A stretch of DNA of 64,000 nt from Candidatus Eiseniibacteriota bacterium (GCA_965224245.1 OZ245046.1:3712001-3776000); one strand, 5' to 3'; shown: positions 1 through 10,519, numbered from the stretch's first letter. The notes: a model not told the origin generated them from the letters alone. Made by a program: numbers and translations.

Positions 1-2
1 AC

Positions 3-1340
3 GGCTCCCGCCTGGCCCTGGCGGATGGCGCGACGCTGGCCATCTGGGATCTGATCGAGGATCGGCGGCTCGGCTCCTGGACGCTTCCGACGTCCCTGTT
101 TCAGCTCGCCTGGACCCCCGATGGCACGAGGATCGTCCTGGGAGGGGCCGACCGGGGCGTCCACGTGTGGGACGTGGCCGCGGCCGCGATCTCGAGCACG
201 CTTCGAGGCCACGACGCCGAGGTGGTCGACGTGGCCGCACCGGCGCCGGGACGCGCGGTGTCTCAGAGCTGGGACGGGACCACCCGGCTCTGGGACCTGA
301 CGCACGAGGCCCTGATCTTCGATCCGCTCCGGAACGTCGGATTCTGCGGCGCGGTCGGCGATCTCATCGCGCTTCGGCAGCCGGGAGGCGCTTATCGGCT
401 CTCGAGACTCGAGCCCTCGCCGGTGATCACGGTCGTGGAGTCGGACACCGCCTTCGTGGGACCGGCGCAGGTCGCCATGGATCCCGGCCGGAGCCTCCTG
501 GCGGTCTCCTCGCGCACCGGGGTCCGCCTCTTCGACCTCGAGACCGGCGTCGGCCGGGGCAAGCTCCCGGTGGCGGGAACGTCGGACGTCATCTTCGAGG
601 CTCCCGGACGCCGTCTGTACACGGTGTCGAGCGGTAACGTGCAGGGGTGGGAGATCGAGCGGAGTGGATCGATCGCGACCGTCACGCGGGTCGTGGGGTT
701 CCGGATCGAGCACGGCAACAGCGTCTGCACGGATCCGCAGGAGAACCTCATCGTGGCCTGCGGTCGGGGAGGTCTCGTCCAGGTCGATCGCGACACGGGC
801 GAGATCGAACGCACGTGGTCGACCCCGTTCGGAACCGAGCACGCATCGTGCTCGGCCGACGGTCGATACCTGGGGATGGGAACCTGGCAAGGCCCCGGCG
901 GGCGCGTCATCGACGCGGCCACCGGCGACCTCGTGCGCGAGTTTCCGGGGTCCAGCGTCGGCATGGGGTTCTCACCGGACTCTCGCACGTTGCTGGTCAC
1001 CGAGCGGCACCAGTCTCGCATCGTGTCCACGGACACCTGGGAGGACCGGGTCGTGATCGAGCACCCCACCGATCCGTTCCGCGCCCACTGGGCGTTCCAT
1101 CCGACCAAGCCGGTCGCGGCGCTCACCGCGTCACGCTATGCCATTCGACTCCTCGACCTCGAGACCGGCGAGACGCTCACCGAGCTCGAGAATCCCGATC
1201 ACCGGATCATCACCGAGGTCGAGTTTCACCCGGATGGCTCACGGATCTTCGCCATCACGACCGGTCGGACGATTCTCGTGTGGAACATCGAGCGGACACG
1301 GACCGAGCTGCGCGCTCTCGGGCTCGACTGGGCGGACTGA
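3..1340 (+). CDS. WD40-repeat beta-propeller protein, 5'-truncated by the window (probably the C-terminus of a Ser/Thr kinase-WD40 protein)
   Basis: The frame is open from base 3 (GSRLALADGATLAIWD...LAWTPDGTRIVLGGADRGVHVWD). It has repeated WD40 motifs (LRGH...SWDGTTRLWD, FSPDSRTL, FHPDGSRI) and ends ELRALGLDW, a tail typical of kinase-WD40 proteins. Confidence 0.75.
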   Translation, partial: GSRLALADGATLAIWDLIEDRRLGSWTLPTSLFQLAWTPDGTRIVLGGADRGVHVWDVAAAAISSTLRGHDAEVVDVAAPAPGRAVSQSWDGTTRLWDLTHEALIFDPLRNVGFCGAVGDLIALRQPGGAYRLSRLEPSPVITVVESDTAFVGPAQVAMDPGRSLLAVSSRTGVRLFDLETGVGRGKLPVAGTSDVIFEAPGRRLYTVSSGNVQGWEIERSGSIATVTRVVGFRIEHGNSVCTDPQENLIVACGRGGLVQVDRDTGEIERTWSTPFGTEHASCSADGRYLGMGTWQGPGGRVIDAATGDLVREFPGSSVGMGFSPDSRTLLVTERHQSRIVSTDTWEDRVVIEHPTDPFRAHWAFHPTKPVAALTASRYAIRLLDLETGETLTELENPDHRIITEVEFHPDGSRIFAITTGRTILVWNIERTRTELRALGLDWAD

Positions 1341-1371
1341 GCACCGCGCCCCGCACGACCCCGTCCCTCGG

Positions 1372-2826
1372 TCACCCGCCGGCGGTGGTGAACGTCACCT
1401 CGACCGGCTCGAGCGGGTACCCGTCGGCGCTGGAAAATCCGACGTATCGTCCCCCGTTGAGTCCGAACCGATAGGTCCTCCCCGGTGCGAGTGCGATACC
1501 GACCGAGAACGTGCGCCGCCCGGTGTCGTAGTGGGGCTCCCCGACCAGCGTGGGGAACGCCGGACCGCCGCCGGTCACCGACCAGCTCCCGTCGATCATG
1601 GGCCGATCGAACACGACGACGATCTCGTTCAGATCGGGGTCCACGTCACCGGCCCCGTTCGCGGGCGTCATCGAGATCACGCGGGGGAACCGGGCCACGA
1701 GCGCGTCGTAGTGCGCGACCGTGTCGTCGAAGAACGCGACCACGCGGGGCATGAACGCGTCGAAGGTCTCGTAGGTCGCTCGCGCCACGTCGTACTCGGC
1801 CACGAGCTCGCCGAGGCTCTTCACCCACTTGAATCCGCTGGCCATCTCCATCCGGGCCTGCCTCTCACCGGCCGCATCGCCGTCCATCGCTCGCATGAAG
1901 TGAACCACCACGGCTCGCACCAGGGACTCGTAGAGCACGGTCTGCCCGCTGCCATAGGCCTGACGCCGCATGACCTCGGCATTCCGCTCGAACAGGGCGT
2001 CGCCCGCCGTCGCAAGCGACGACGCGTTCGCATCGACGAGCGCGTTCGTGTAGGCGTGGCAGAACTCGTGCACGATCGTGCCCGTGATCCCAGCGCCGGC
2101 GACCGGCACGCCGTCGGCATCCCAGGTGCTGACGCCGATCACGGGCGTGATCTCCTCGCGGCCGTCCTGGTGGCGCATGCTCACGCCGTAGTTGCCCCAT
2201 CCGTTCAGCATGCCGATGACGACGAGGAAGCGCCCCTGGGGCCGAGAGCCGAAGAAGCGATCGAACCAACCCACGTAGTCGCGCGCGTTGACCACCGGGG
2301 AGAACGCCGCCGCCGCCTTTGCGTACAGCTCGCGGTGGTCCGCGACGAACCCGGCAAAGCCGGTGTCGGACACGAACACCGAGAGCGCCTCGATGAAGCG
2401 CTCCGCGTCGTCGATCGTCCAGCGTCGCTCGAGGAGCGGCGGGCGCGGATCGAGCGCCGTTCGCGGTCGGGGATGCGCGACGTCGTCGTCGAGGTGAACG
2501 GCCAGACTCATCACGGCGTCGAACGAGATGCCGCGCGCCTCCCGGAGCTCGCGCGCCATGTGCACGGTCGGATGCTCACGAAACGGGCCGAACACCTCCT
2601 CGACCGCGTCGGCGTACGGAGAGGCGGAGCTCTCCATCGCGTACTCCGGATTCCCGGCCAGGCGAAACACGATCGAGAGGAGCTCGACGCGCGGATCCAC
2701 CCGTGTCTCCAGGGACGCGGCGTCCGATGTGCCGACTCCCACGGTCACGTTCATCGTGAGCGACAGGGTCAGCGCACACCGCACCGCGTGCCTTACGCGA
2801 CGTGGCGTGAGGATCCCGATCGTCAT
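1372..2826 (-). CDS. Secreted DUF4932-like protein (possible HEXXH metallopeptidase) with C-terminal Ig-like (Big_5) domain
   Basis: ATG at 2826 follows a GGAGAGG RBS. Motifs RVDPRVELLSIVFRLAG, IVHEFCH and LYESLVRA; C-terminal PANGAGDVDPDLNEIVVVFDRPM Ig-like segment. Confidence 0.7.
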   Translation of the reverse strand: MTIGILTPRRVRHAVRCALTLSLTMNVTVGVGTSDAASLETRVDPRVELLSIVFRLAGNPEYAMESSASPYADAVEEVFGPFREHPTVHMARELREARGISFDAVMSLAVHLDDDVAHPRPRTALDPRPPLLERRWTIDDAERFIEALSVFVSDTGFAGFVADHRELYAKAAAAFSPVVNARDYVGWFDRFFGSRPQGRFLVVIGMLNGWGNYGVSMRHQDGREEITPVIGVSTWDADGVPVAGAGITGTIVHEFCHAYTNALVDANASSLATAGDALFERNAEVMRRQAYGSGQTVLYESLVRAVVVHFMRAMDGDAAGERQARMEMASGFKWVKSLGELVAEYDVARATYETFDAFMPRVVAFFDDTVAHYDALVARFPRVISMTPANGAGDVDPDLNEIVVVFDRPMIDGSWSVTGGGPAFPTLVGEPHYDTGRRTFSVGIALAPGRTYRFGLNGGRYVGFSSADGYPLEPVEVTFTTAGG

Positions 2827-2906
2827 GTCGTTCCTCTCCACGCGCCTCGGCGCCGAGCGGGAGCGATACCGCGAACGAAGCCGGTCGAGAGCCCGCGCAC
2901 CCTGCA

Positions 2907-4352
2907 TCAGCGCAGCGAGACCGCCGGGAGAACCTCGGCCCCGAGGCGGAGCGGCACGCGTCGTCCGTAGGTCAACGACCGCCACAGCCACTCGGCCGGG
3001 CCGTACCGGAAGTGCCGGAGCCAGATCGGCGTGAGGGTCAGCTGGACGATCCACCAGGCCACGACGAAGCCCATCTGCGGGAAGCGATTCACCTGGCCGA
3101 AGAGCCCGTCGAACCCCCACCCGTAGAAGATCGCGGTGAACACGATCGACGTCAGGAGATAGTTGCTGAGCGCGGTCCGCCCCACCGCGGCCAGACGCCG
3201 CTGGAGGCCGGTCAGGATCCCGTATCGGACCATCAGCACGACCACGCCCACGTGGCCCAGTGCGGCGAACAGATTGCCCACCTCGTTCACCAGGAGATTG
3301 AGTGCGAGGTAGTGCTCCATGCTGAACCCGTGCTGCGCGTGGTCCCACGCGCTCCAGACGCTCAGCGGAATCCCGATCGCGTAGCCCACTCCGATGACGG
3401 TCACGTAGAACCGGGTCGACCGCCGGCCCGCGAGCACTCCGGTCTTCATGAGCCCCATGCCGATCAGCATGATCCCACCCACCAGCCACAGCAGCGCAAT
3501 GAGCTGGTTCCCGAGCTGCTCCTGGAAAACGCTCGGTGCCCGCTTCGTCACGATCTCGATGTAGCTTCCGCTCCGGTACACGGTGACGACCGAGTCGATC
3601 TTGGCCGGGGTCGGTCGCGCGAGACTCTTCTGGGCGTCCGTCCACTTGTCGAGGGCCGCCTGCTGCTCGTCGTCGATCTCCTGGCCGGCGTCCACCAGCG
3701 CCTGAGCCTCGGTCGCCTGCTCCTGGAGAGGGGCGACGTAGAAACGCTGCGCGAGCATGGCGCTGACCGGGACGAGCAGGAAGAACGCGACGCCCCAGGT
3801 GATCAACGTGCGCGGCGCTCGCTTGCGGAAGAGGTAGATCAGGAACCCGCACAGGGCGTAGTTGACGAGGATGTCGCCCCACCAGATGAAGTACGCGTGC
3901 ACGATGCCGAAGACCAGCAGCCAGAACGTGCGGCGGTAGTAGAACCGCCGGAACGAGAATCCCTCGCGCTCGAGGCGATCCCCCATCAGGACGAGTCCCG
4001 CTCCGAACAGCATGGCGAAGATCGAGATGAACTTCCCGTAGACCGCGATGTGCGTGACGTACCACGTCCCGAGGTCCAGACCGCTCGCACCGCCGTACGC
4101 CGATGGATCGTCCAGCGCGGCCTTGGGCATCGCGAAGGCATAGACGTTGATGATCAGGATGCCGAGTAGCGCGACCCCGCGCAGCACGTCGAGGGTCCGG
4201 ATGCGATCGAGCGTCCGGACCGGAGCGGCGGGTGCATGGGGGATCGGGTCGGCTTCGGGTTCCGCGGCGGACACGTGAGGGATCGGATCAGGCGGGGCAT
4301 CGGCATCGTCCTCGGGGACGGCGTCCGGATGCGGCGAGGGATCGGTGCTCAT
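2907..4352 (-). CDS. DUF418/YeiB family membrane protein
   Basis: RIRTLDVLRGVALLGIL, GKFISIFAMLFGAG, VGRTALSNYL and FRYGPAEWLWRSLTYG motifs; many hydrophobic segments. Start MSTDP re-picked. Confidence 0.85.
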   Translation of the reverse strand: MSTDPSPHPDAVPEDDADAPPDPIPHVSAAEPEADPIPHAPAAPVRTLDRIRTLDVLRGVALLGILIINVYAFAMPKAALDDPSAYGGASGLDLGTWYVTHIAVYGKFISIFAMLFGAGLVLMGDRLEREGFSFRRFYYRRTFWLLVFGIVHAYFIWWGDILVNYALCGFLIYLFRKRAPRTLITWGVAFFLLVPVSAMLAQRFYVAPLQEQATEAQALVDAGQEIDDEQQAALDKWTDAQKSLARPTPAKIDSVVTVYRSGSYIEIVTKRAPSVFQEQLGNQLIALLWLVGGIMLIGMGLMKTGVLAGRRSTRFYVTVIGVGYAIGIPLSVWSAWDHAQHGFSMEHYLALNLLVNEVGNLFAALGHVGVVVLMVRYGILTGLQRRLAAVGRTALSNYLLTSIVFTAIFYGWGFDGLFGQVNRFPQMGFVVAWWIVQLTLTPIWLRHFRYGPAEWLWRSLTYGRRVPLRLGAEVLPAVSLR

Positions 4353-4510
4353 GCCGAGGTCCTTTCTGAGCGGAATCCGGTGGCGCCGTCGTCCCATCCA
4401 CGGGCGCGTGGCGGGCGCCGGGTCTCCGGAAGGGGGGCCTGCTGCCACGATCCTCGATCAGTAACGTAACCCTCGCCCACGTGTTGCGGAAGTCTGCGCG
4501 TGTGGCGCCC

Positions 4511-5503
4511 TCACCGGGCGCCGCCCGCCGAGCGGGGACGGGCTTCGATCTCCCGACACATCCACTCCAGAGTGGCCGGCTGCCTGACGAACCCGAGACC
4601 GTCGTTGATCGCGAGCATCGGCGCGTTGCGTGAGGAGTTGATCGCCCGGATTCTCTTGAATCCATTGGACTTCGCGAACTCGATGCCGAGGAGCTTCATG
4701 CCCCACGCGATTCCACGTCCTCGGTACTCGCGTCGCACGCCGGTGAAGCTCGTGAACAGCTCGGTCGGATCGCTCGGCTGCCGCCCGAACCAGGTTGCCG
4801 CGACGCACTCGTCGGCATCCACTGCCACGAGGAACGCATCGGTGAAGCCGGCCACGATCGTCTCGAGCAGCCGGTGCCACTCCTCGAAGCCGGGACGGGT
4901 GTATGCCTGTGGAATGGGAACGTCGCGCTCGACGCTCGTCGCCAGATCGTAGAGCTTCTCGCGCCAGTCGACGTCGCCGGCCAGGGATGCCAGCGAGCGG
5001 ACCTCGAGACCGAGCGCCTGGAAACGCGCTCGGCGCGCGTCGAACCGGCCGCCGTCGAACGCCATCAGGTCCAGCGTCGACGTGTACGACCGGCTGCATT
5101 CGGTGAACCCACGCCTGAGCAGAAACCGAACCGACTCGAGCTGATCCTCCCGACACGCCGATCGCAGGCACGTGGCTCGACAATCGGGAAGATCGGCGAC
5201 GACTCTCTCGTACAGCGCGGTCCCGACCCCTCGACGCCGCGCCTCCGGACACACGTCGACGGCGATCCAGAAGGTCTCGGGATCGAACGAGTCGAACGGG
5301 GTCGACCGCAGAGCCGCTCCCACGACGACGCCGGAGCTGCGGGCGACATAGCGCGACCGGGGAAAGCGGGCGGGAAGGCGTTCATCCCACGAACGAAGCT
5401 CGTCACCCGAGACGAGCGGCTCACCGGACAGCGCACACGCGTTCGTCACCGCCGCGATGGCATCGTAGTCGTCGACGCTGGCGAGTGCGATCCGGACATC
5501 CAT
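4511..5503 (-). CDS. Tandem-domain GNAT N-acetyltransferase
   Basis: Two acetyl-CoA binding motifs (VCPEARRRGVGTAL and TGVRREYRGRGIA) and C-terminal NAPMLAINDGLGF. Confidence 0.85.
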   Translation of the reverse strand: MDVRIALASVDDYDAIAAVTNACALSGEPLVSGDELRSWDERLPARFPRSRYVARSSGVVVGAALRSTPFDSFDPETFWIAVDVCPEARRRGVGTALYERVVADLPDCRATCLRSACREDQLESVRFLLRRGFTECSRSYTSTLDLMAFDGGRFDARRARFQALGLEVRSLASLAGDVDWREKLYDLATSVERDVPIPQAYTRPGFEEWHRLLETIVAGFTDAFLVAVDADECVAATWFGRQPSDPTELFTSFTGVRREYRGRGIAWGMKLLGIEFAKSNGFKRIRAINSSRNAPMLAINDGLGFVRQPATLEWMCREIEARPRSAGGAR

Positions 5504-5874
5504 CAGACGTCAGTCTCGGCTGGGGTCACACGTCCGTCGGCCGACCGACGACCCGGGCACGTCGAGAAGCCGAGCGAACCTGTAACGTTTCGTTTCACGC
5601 GTCGCGTCAAGGACTCCGGCGGTCGCCGATGGGACCCGTGCGCGATGCTCGATCGAAGCGTACGCCCTCGAGGACGCCCGCCACAAGCGCCGGTGCGCCG
5701 ACGGCCTCGAGCGGTTGCATGCCCGGATCGGCGCGACGCTCCGTGATACGATTCCGCGTGACGTCAGAGCGTCAGAGAGGCGGCGGCGTCACCGTAACGT
5801 CGCCGGATCCGTCTCGACCATCAGGCGTCGCGCGCGTGGCGTCGCACGCGACGTCGGCATCGGGGAGAAGGACC

Positions 5875-7455
5875 ATGCCGCATCGACGGTCTCGTGACCC
5901 GCACGCGTCGTGGCGAGCGATCGCCGCGTTCCTTCTGATCGGTCTGCCGGCCGCGGTGCACGCGACCACCTTCGTCGTCCACCCCGACGGCTCCGGTGAC
6001 TTCGCGACCATCCAGGCCGCGCTCACCGCCGCCGCCAGCGGCGACTCGATCTTGCTCGGCGACGGCGTCTTCACCGGAGCCGGCAATCGCGACCTCAACT
6101 ACCTGGCCAAGACGCTCGTCGTGCGCTCGCAGAGCGGCGACCCGGCCACGTGTACGATCGACTGCGAGAACCTCGGGCGCGGTGTGACATTCGTCTCGGT
6201 GTCGAGTCGCGACGCCACGCTGGGCGCGGTCACGATCACGAACGGGATCGGCGACGGGGGAGCGATCTACTGCGAACACTCCAGCCCCACGATCGAGGGC
6301 TGCGTCCTGACCGGCAACGGCACGACCGACCGCGGCGGCGGCGTGCACTGCCGACTGAGCTCCATGCCACTGATCACCGGATGTCTGATCACCGACAACC
6401 ACGCGCAGGCGGGGGGCGGCGTCTACTGCTACTCCGCCGGCGCCGAGATCGTCGAGACGACGATCTCGGACAACACGTCCAACGGCAACGGCGCCGGCAT
6501 CTGGATGAACGTCAGCGCGAGCGTGATCCTGACCGACTCGCACGTGACGTCGAACGTGGCCGGCGGCTGGGGCGGTGGCGTCTGGTGCAGCGGGACCTTC
6601 GCCACCCCCTCGAGTCTCGTGGTGGCCCGATCGGCCCTCGCCGGAAACGACGCCGAGCAAGGCGGCGGGATCCTGTGCATCGGCATGGCGCCGACCTTCA
6701 CGCTCACCTCCCTCACCGGCAACCGCGCCAGCGTCTCCGACGGTGGAGGCGCGCTATTCTTCGACTCGGATCCGAGCTTCGTCCGGTGCACCGTTTCCGG
6801 CAACCACACCGCCGGCAGCGGCGGCGGGTTGACGCTGAACGGATCGACGGCGGTCTTCGATCACGTCGTCTTCTGGGGCGACTGTGCGTCGGCGATGGGC
6901 GACGAGATGCACACGATGGGCACCGGCGCCGCGGCCGGCTTCTTCTGCAGCGACATCTCGCCGGGGGCGGTCAGCGGAACCGGATCGATCACGATCGACG
7001 GGAACAGCATCGACGCCGATCCGCTCTTCTGCGCGCCGGAGCTCTGCGACGCCGCCCCGATCCCCGACGGTGACTACGCGCTCCAGCCAGGGTCCCCCGC
7101 CGACGACCCCGTGTGCGGTCTGATCGGCGCGTACGACGTCGGCTGCTCGGCGATCTCGGTACCCGACGCGCGGCCGCGCGTGGTGGCGAGCGTGGCCGCC
7201 CCCAATCCCACCCGGGGTACGCTCCGGATCGACTTCACCGGATCGGCGTCCGCGATGGGAGCCGACGTCGCAGTGTTCGACACACGCGGTCGCCTCGTCC
7301 GCGAGTGGCGACGTGTTTCGCTGGCCGGCGGACGGGGACACGTAAGCTGGGACGGAGCGGACGATCGCGGTCTGGACGTTCCGGCGGGGCTCTACTTCTA
7401 CCGGGTCCGCATGGGGACCGCGGAATCGGTGGGACGGATCTCGCTCGTCGGATGA
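5875..7455 (+). CDS. Secreted right-handed beta-helix (pectin-lyase-like, GGA/GGG repeats) protein with FlgD-Ig C-terminal domain
   Basis: ATG at 5875 after GGAGAAGGA. Signal peptide ends VHA, followed by VHPDGSGDFATIQAA and repeated NxAxxGGGI units. C-terminal APNP...VFDTRGRLVR...WDGADDRG...GLYFYR. Confidence 0.8.
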   Translation: MPHRRSRDPHASWRAIAAFLLIGLPAAVHATTFVVHPDGSGDFATIQAALTAAASGDSILLGDGVFTGAGNRDLNYLAKTLVVRSQSGDPATCTIDCENLGRGVTFVSVSSRDATLGAVTITNGIGDGGAIYCEHSSPTIEGCVLTGNGTTDRGGGVHCRLSSMPLITGCLITDNHAQAGGGVYCYSAGAEIVETTISDNTSNGNGAGIWMNVSASVILTDSHVTSNVAGGWGGGVWCSGTFATPSSLVVARSALAGNDAEQGGGILCIGMAPTFTLTSLTGNRASVSDGGGALFFDSDPSFVRCTVSGNHTAGSGGGLTLNGSTAVFDHVVFWGDCASAMGDEMHTMGTGAAAGFFCSDISPGAVSGTGSITIDGNSIDADPLFCAPELCDAAPIPDGDYALQPGSPADDPVCGLIGAYDVGCSAISVPDARPRVVASVAAPNPTRGTLRIDFTGSASAMGADVAVFDTRGRLVREWRRVSLAGGRGHVSWDGADDRGLDVPAGLYFYRVRMGTAESVGRISLVG

Positions 7456-7460
7456 CACCC

Positions 7461-7489
7461 GGGGCCGCTCGCAGGCCGCGAGCGGCCCC
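7461..7489. terminator. Perfect hairpin between convergent genes; candidate bidirectional terminator
   Basis: GGGGCCGCTCGC-aggcc-GCGAGCGGCCCC is a 12-bp stem with a 5-nt loop, lying between the stops at 7455 and 7497. There is no U-tract. Confidence 0.55.
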
Positions 7490-7496
7490 CTGGCGA

Positions 7497-9902
7497 TCAT
7501 CGCTCTCGATCTCTCCACTGCACCGGCTCGTCCGACGGCCACAGGTCCCGCGCCCGGCTGATGAGCTCGGCCAGCTCGATGGTGTCCGGATCCGATCCCC
7601 GCTCACCGGCGAGGTCGTCGGCCAGAGATGCCAGCTCGCCGAGGTCGGCGTCCTTGGCCCAGTACGAGCCCCGGAGGATCTCCGCGAACTCGGCCACCAC
7701 CGCGTCGCGCCGGAACGACTGCGGCGCGCGGTCGAACGCGCGGGCCACGTCGCGGGCCCGGAGCGTCCGGGCAGTCTCTGAGATCCGGCCGGTCTCCGGA
7801 TCCTCGTACCGGATGCGTACGGTCGCGATCTCGTCGTCACGCCGCACGCGGTCGTCGAGCGCGAGCTCGAACAGCGCGGTCACCTCGTGCCCGGCGCCGA
7901 CCTCGCCCGCGTCGACGGCGTCGTTCCGGAAGTCCCGATCGGCCACGTCGCGGTTCTCGTAGCCGAGGAGGCGATACCGATCGACCGCGTCCTCGTCGAA
8001 CTCGACCTGGATCTTCGCGTCGCGCGCGATCACCTGGAGCGTGCCCATGAAGTTCTCCTTCAGGACGCGCTCGGCCTCGTCGGGTCGGTCCACGTAGTAG
8101 TAGTTGCCGTCGCCCTGGTTCGCGAGCTTCTCGAGCAGCACGTCGTTGTAGTTGCCCATGCCCACGCCGATCGCCGTCAGGTAGATGCCGCGGCCCGCCT
8201 GGCGCTTGATGTCGGTCAGGATCGACTCGGCGCCCGTGTTGCCGACGTTGGCCACACCGTCCGAACACAGCACGACCCGGTTGCTCTCGTCGGGGTCGTA
8301 CATGCGCTCGGCCAGCCGGTACCCCTCGACCAGCCCCGCGCCGGCGTTGGTGCCGCCCGACGGCACCAGGCGCCCGATCGCGTCCTCGAGCGCCCAGCGA
8401 TGACGCACCGACGTCGGCTCGGCGACCGTGCCCGCCCGGTTGTTGTAGGCCACGATCGCGACCTCGTCGTCCGGGTGCAGCTCGTACAGAAGATCGACCA
8501 GCGCGCGCTTGACCAGCCCGATCCTGTTCTCGCGGTCCATCGAGCCCGACACGTCGATCACGAACGTCAGGTTCAGCGGCTTGCGATCGGCAGTCGAGAT
8601 CTCCCGCCCCTTCAGCCCTACCCGCAAGAGCGTCAGCCCCTCGCCGAAACGCGACGGCGCGGCGTCGAGGTGAATCGCGAACTGATCCGCGTCGTCCGCG
8701 AGCTCGCTCCGGCCGAACCAGCCGGATCGGTCACCGCTGGCCACGTCGTAGCCCTCGGGGGGGTCGTAGTCGTGGCGGAACGCGTTGACGAACTCCTCGA
8801 CCCGGATCGCATCCCTCGGCGGCAGGACGCCACGGCGGAGGTAGCTCCGGGCGAGCGTGTACGATGCGGCGTCCACGTCGACCGCGAAGGTCGCGAGCGC
8901 GTCTTCCCTGGTCTCGACGAACGGATTGACGCCGTAGTGCTCGAAGTACATCGCGTCGATCTCCTCGCCGTTGACGGGATCGGTCCCCCCCACGGCGATG
9001 GGACCCGTGCCGATCGCGCCTTCGTCCGCCACGCCGCTCCCGCTGCCGTACAGCTGCTTCGTGGCGGTCCACGACCCCTCCCTGAGCTCCGGCTCGGCCG
9101 GTGGCGGGGAATGGTAGCGAGCCCCGCGCTTCGAGGCGCTCCCGGCGGCCTCCGACATCGGACCGGAGAGGGGATCGTTTCGTGAACGTTCCTGCTCCGC
9201 CACCAGGGCCGCCACCTCTTCGGGTCGACCCCCTCGAACACGGAGCGGGTCACGCACCGCGACCGTACCGGGGCTCGACGTGACCTCGCCGGCGTCGTCG
9301 GACATCCCGTCCACGCGCTGCGTCGAGAACGTGGCCTCGCCTGGATCGAGAACGAGAGTCGGCGACTCCTTCTGCGCTCGCCCCTCCCGGGCGTCGACGG
9401 ATCCGGCGACGTCGCCGTGCGACTCGACCGGTGCGGACGGCGGCGAGGCATCGGTCACATCCGAGTCGGCTTCGTCCTTCACTTCGGCGACGTCGGACCC
9501 GGCGGGAAGCTCGACCGCATCCTCCACGGCCGCGGCGTCCCCCGACATTCCCTGCTCCGAGGTCTCGCTCGCACGACGCGGGGGGACGTCCGCGTCCACA
9601 CGGCCCTCGCCGGTCTGTCCTGCCGGATCGTGGGCGCTGCCAGCCGGCGCACCCGGCACCTTCGAGAGCTCGGTGACCCTCGGAATCTCGTTCGCGACCG
9701 GGACGCTCCCGGGCGTCACGCCGCGGTCCCACATCACCACCACGAGCGCCACGACGCCCAGCGTCGAGATCGCCGTGGCCGGGATCCCGAGCCAGCGCCA
9801 GCCGCGACGCTTCTTCGCGTTCGCCGACTGGATCGCGCTCCAGACCTTCTCGTCCTCGTCACGCGTCAGCCGGGCCCGGTGGCTGTCGAATTGCTCCTTC
9901 AT
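7497..9902 (-). CDS. YfbK-like von Willebrand factor A domain protein with N-terminal membrane anchor (ECF-associated)
   Basis: TFAVDVDAASY, IRVEEFVN, MIDAS DVSGSM, SDG and YRLLGYENR...DFRNDAVDAGE (DUF3520-type). One TM near residues 40-57; the start overlaps the sigma gene stop. Confidence 0.85.
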   Translation of the reverse strand: MKEQFDSHRARLTRDEDEKVWSAIQSANAKKRRGWRWLGIPATAISTLGVVALVVVMWDRGVTPGSVPVANEIPRVTELSKVPGAPAGSAHDPAGQTGEGRVDADVPPRRASETSEQGMSGDAAAVEDAVELPAGSDVAEVKDEADSDVTDASPPSAPVESHGDVAGSVDAREGRAQKESPTLVLDPGEATFSTQRVDGMSDDAGEVTSSPGTVAVRDPLRVRGGRPEEVAALVAEQERSRNDPLSGPMSEAAGSASKRGARYHSPPPAEPELREGSWTATKQLYGSGSGVADEGAIGTGPIAVGGTDPVNGEEIDAMYFEHYGVNPFVETREDALATFAVDVDAASYTLARSYLRRGVLPPRDAIRVEEFVNAFRHDYDPPEGYDVASGDRSGWFGRSELADDADQFAIHLDAAPSRFGEGLTLLRVGLKGREISTADRKPLNLTFVIDVSGSMDRENRIGLVKRALVDLLYELHPDDEVAIVAYNNRAGTVAEPTSVRHRWALEDAIGRLVPSGGTNAGAGLVEGYRLAERMYDPDESNRVVLCSDGVANVGNTGAESILTDIKRQAGRGIYLTAIGVGMGNYNDVLLEKLANQGDGNYYYVDRPDEAERVLKENFMGTLQVIARDAKIQVEFDEDAVDRYRLLGYENRDVADRDFRNDAVDAGEVGAGHEVTALFELALDDRVRRDDEIATVRIRYEDPETGRISETARTLRARDVARAFDRAPQSFRRDAVVAEFAEILRGSYWAKDADLGELASLADDLAGERGSDPDTIELAELISRARDLWPSDEPVQWRDRER

Positions 9903-10519
9903 GACCGCTTCTCCTGAACACCCGCCCTGGCTCCGCCGCCGGAATCGATCGCACGCTCGCCGGTCGGCTCGAGAACGACCTCACCGCGAAGTCGCGCCCG
10001 GAGCGCATCGCGCCCGCGGAACGCGTGAACGCGCGCGGTCGACGCCGAGATGCCGAGCATCTCGCCCACCTCTTCGAACGAGTAGCCCATCCACTCGTGG
10101 AGCAGGACCGCCGACCGTTGCCGGTCGGGCAGCTCCCCGAGCGCGCGCCCGAGGCGCCGGGCCTCCTCGGGATCGCCGCCGGCGGCGACGTCCTCGGGGT
10201 CCGGGGCCTCCTCCATGGAGACGGTGCGCTTGAGCCGACCGAGCAGCCGCCGCTTCCAGTCCTTTGCCCGCCGAATCGCGATCCCCACGAGCCAGCTCTC
10301 GAGGCTCCCGTGCCCTCCGTAGGAGCCGATGCCTCTGAGCGCGTGCAGATAGGTGTCCTGAAGCACGTCCAGTGCCTCCTCGCGATCGCCGAGGTGATAG
10401 ACCAGGAGCCCGAAGAGACGCTCGCGGGTGGCGCGGTAGATCTCGTGCCACGCGGACTCGTCGCCCGCGGCTGCCTGCTGAGCCAAGGCCATGTCGGAAT
10501 TGAAGTTAGAAGCTTCCAT
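9899..10519 (-). CDS. ECF-type RNA polymerase sigma-70 factor
   Basis: Region 2: EALDVLQDTYL...SLESWLVGIA. Region 4: LPDRQRSAVLLHEWMGYSFEEVGEMLGISASTARVHAFRGR. Start is 10519 or 10492. Confidence 0.9.
   Translation of the reverse strand: MEASNFNSDMALAQQAAAGDESAWHEIYRATRERLFGLLVYHLGDREEALDVLQDTYLHALRGIGSYGGHGSLESWLVGIAIRRAKDWKRRLLGRLKRTVSMEEAPDPEDVAAGGDPEEARRLGRALGELPDRQRSAVLLHEWMGYSFEEVGEMLGISASTARVHAFRGRDALRARLRGEVVLEPTGERAIDSGGGARAGVQEKRS

Noticed and set aside
4230-4345. Repeated DPIPH/DPSPH peptide at the DUF418 protein N-terminus
   Set aside because: A short low-complexity duplication in a disordered leader, with no evidence of function.
5581-5610. TGTAAC...CGTC ECF-like promoter; similarly GAAC-N17-CGAC on the minus strand near 10645-10675
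   Set aside because: Plausible, but the motifs are short and the spacing ambiguous, so I cannot distinguish them from chance without TSS data.
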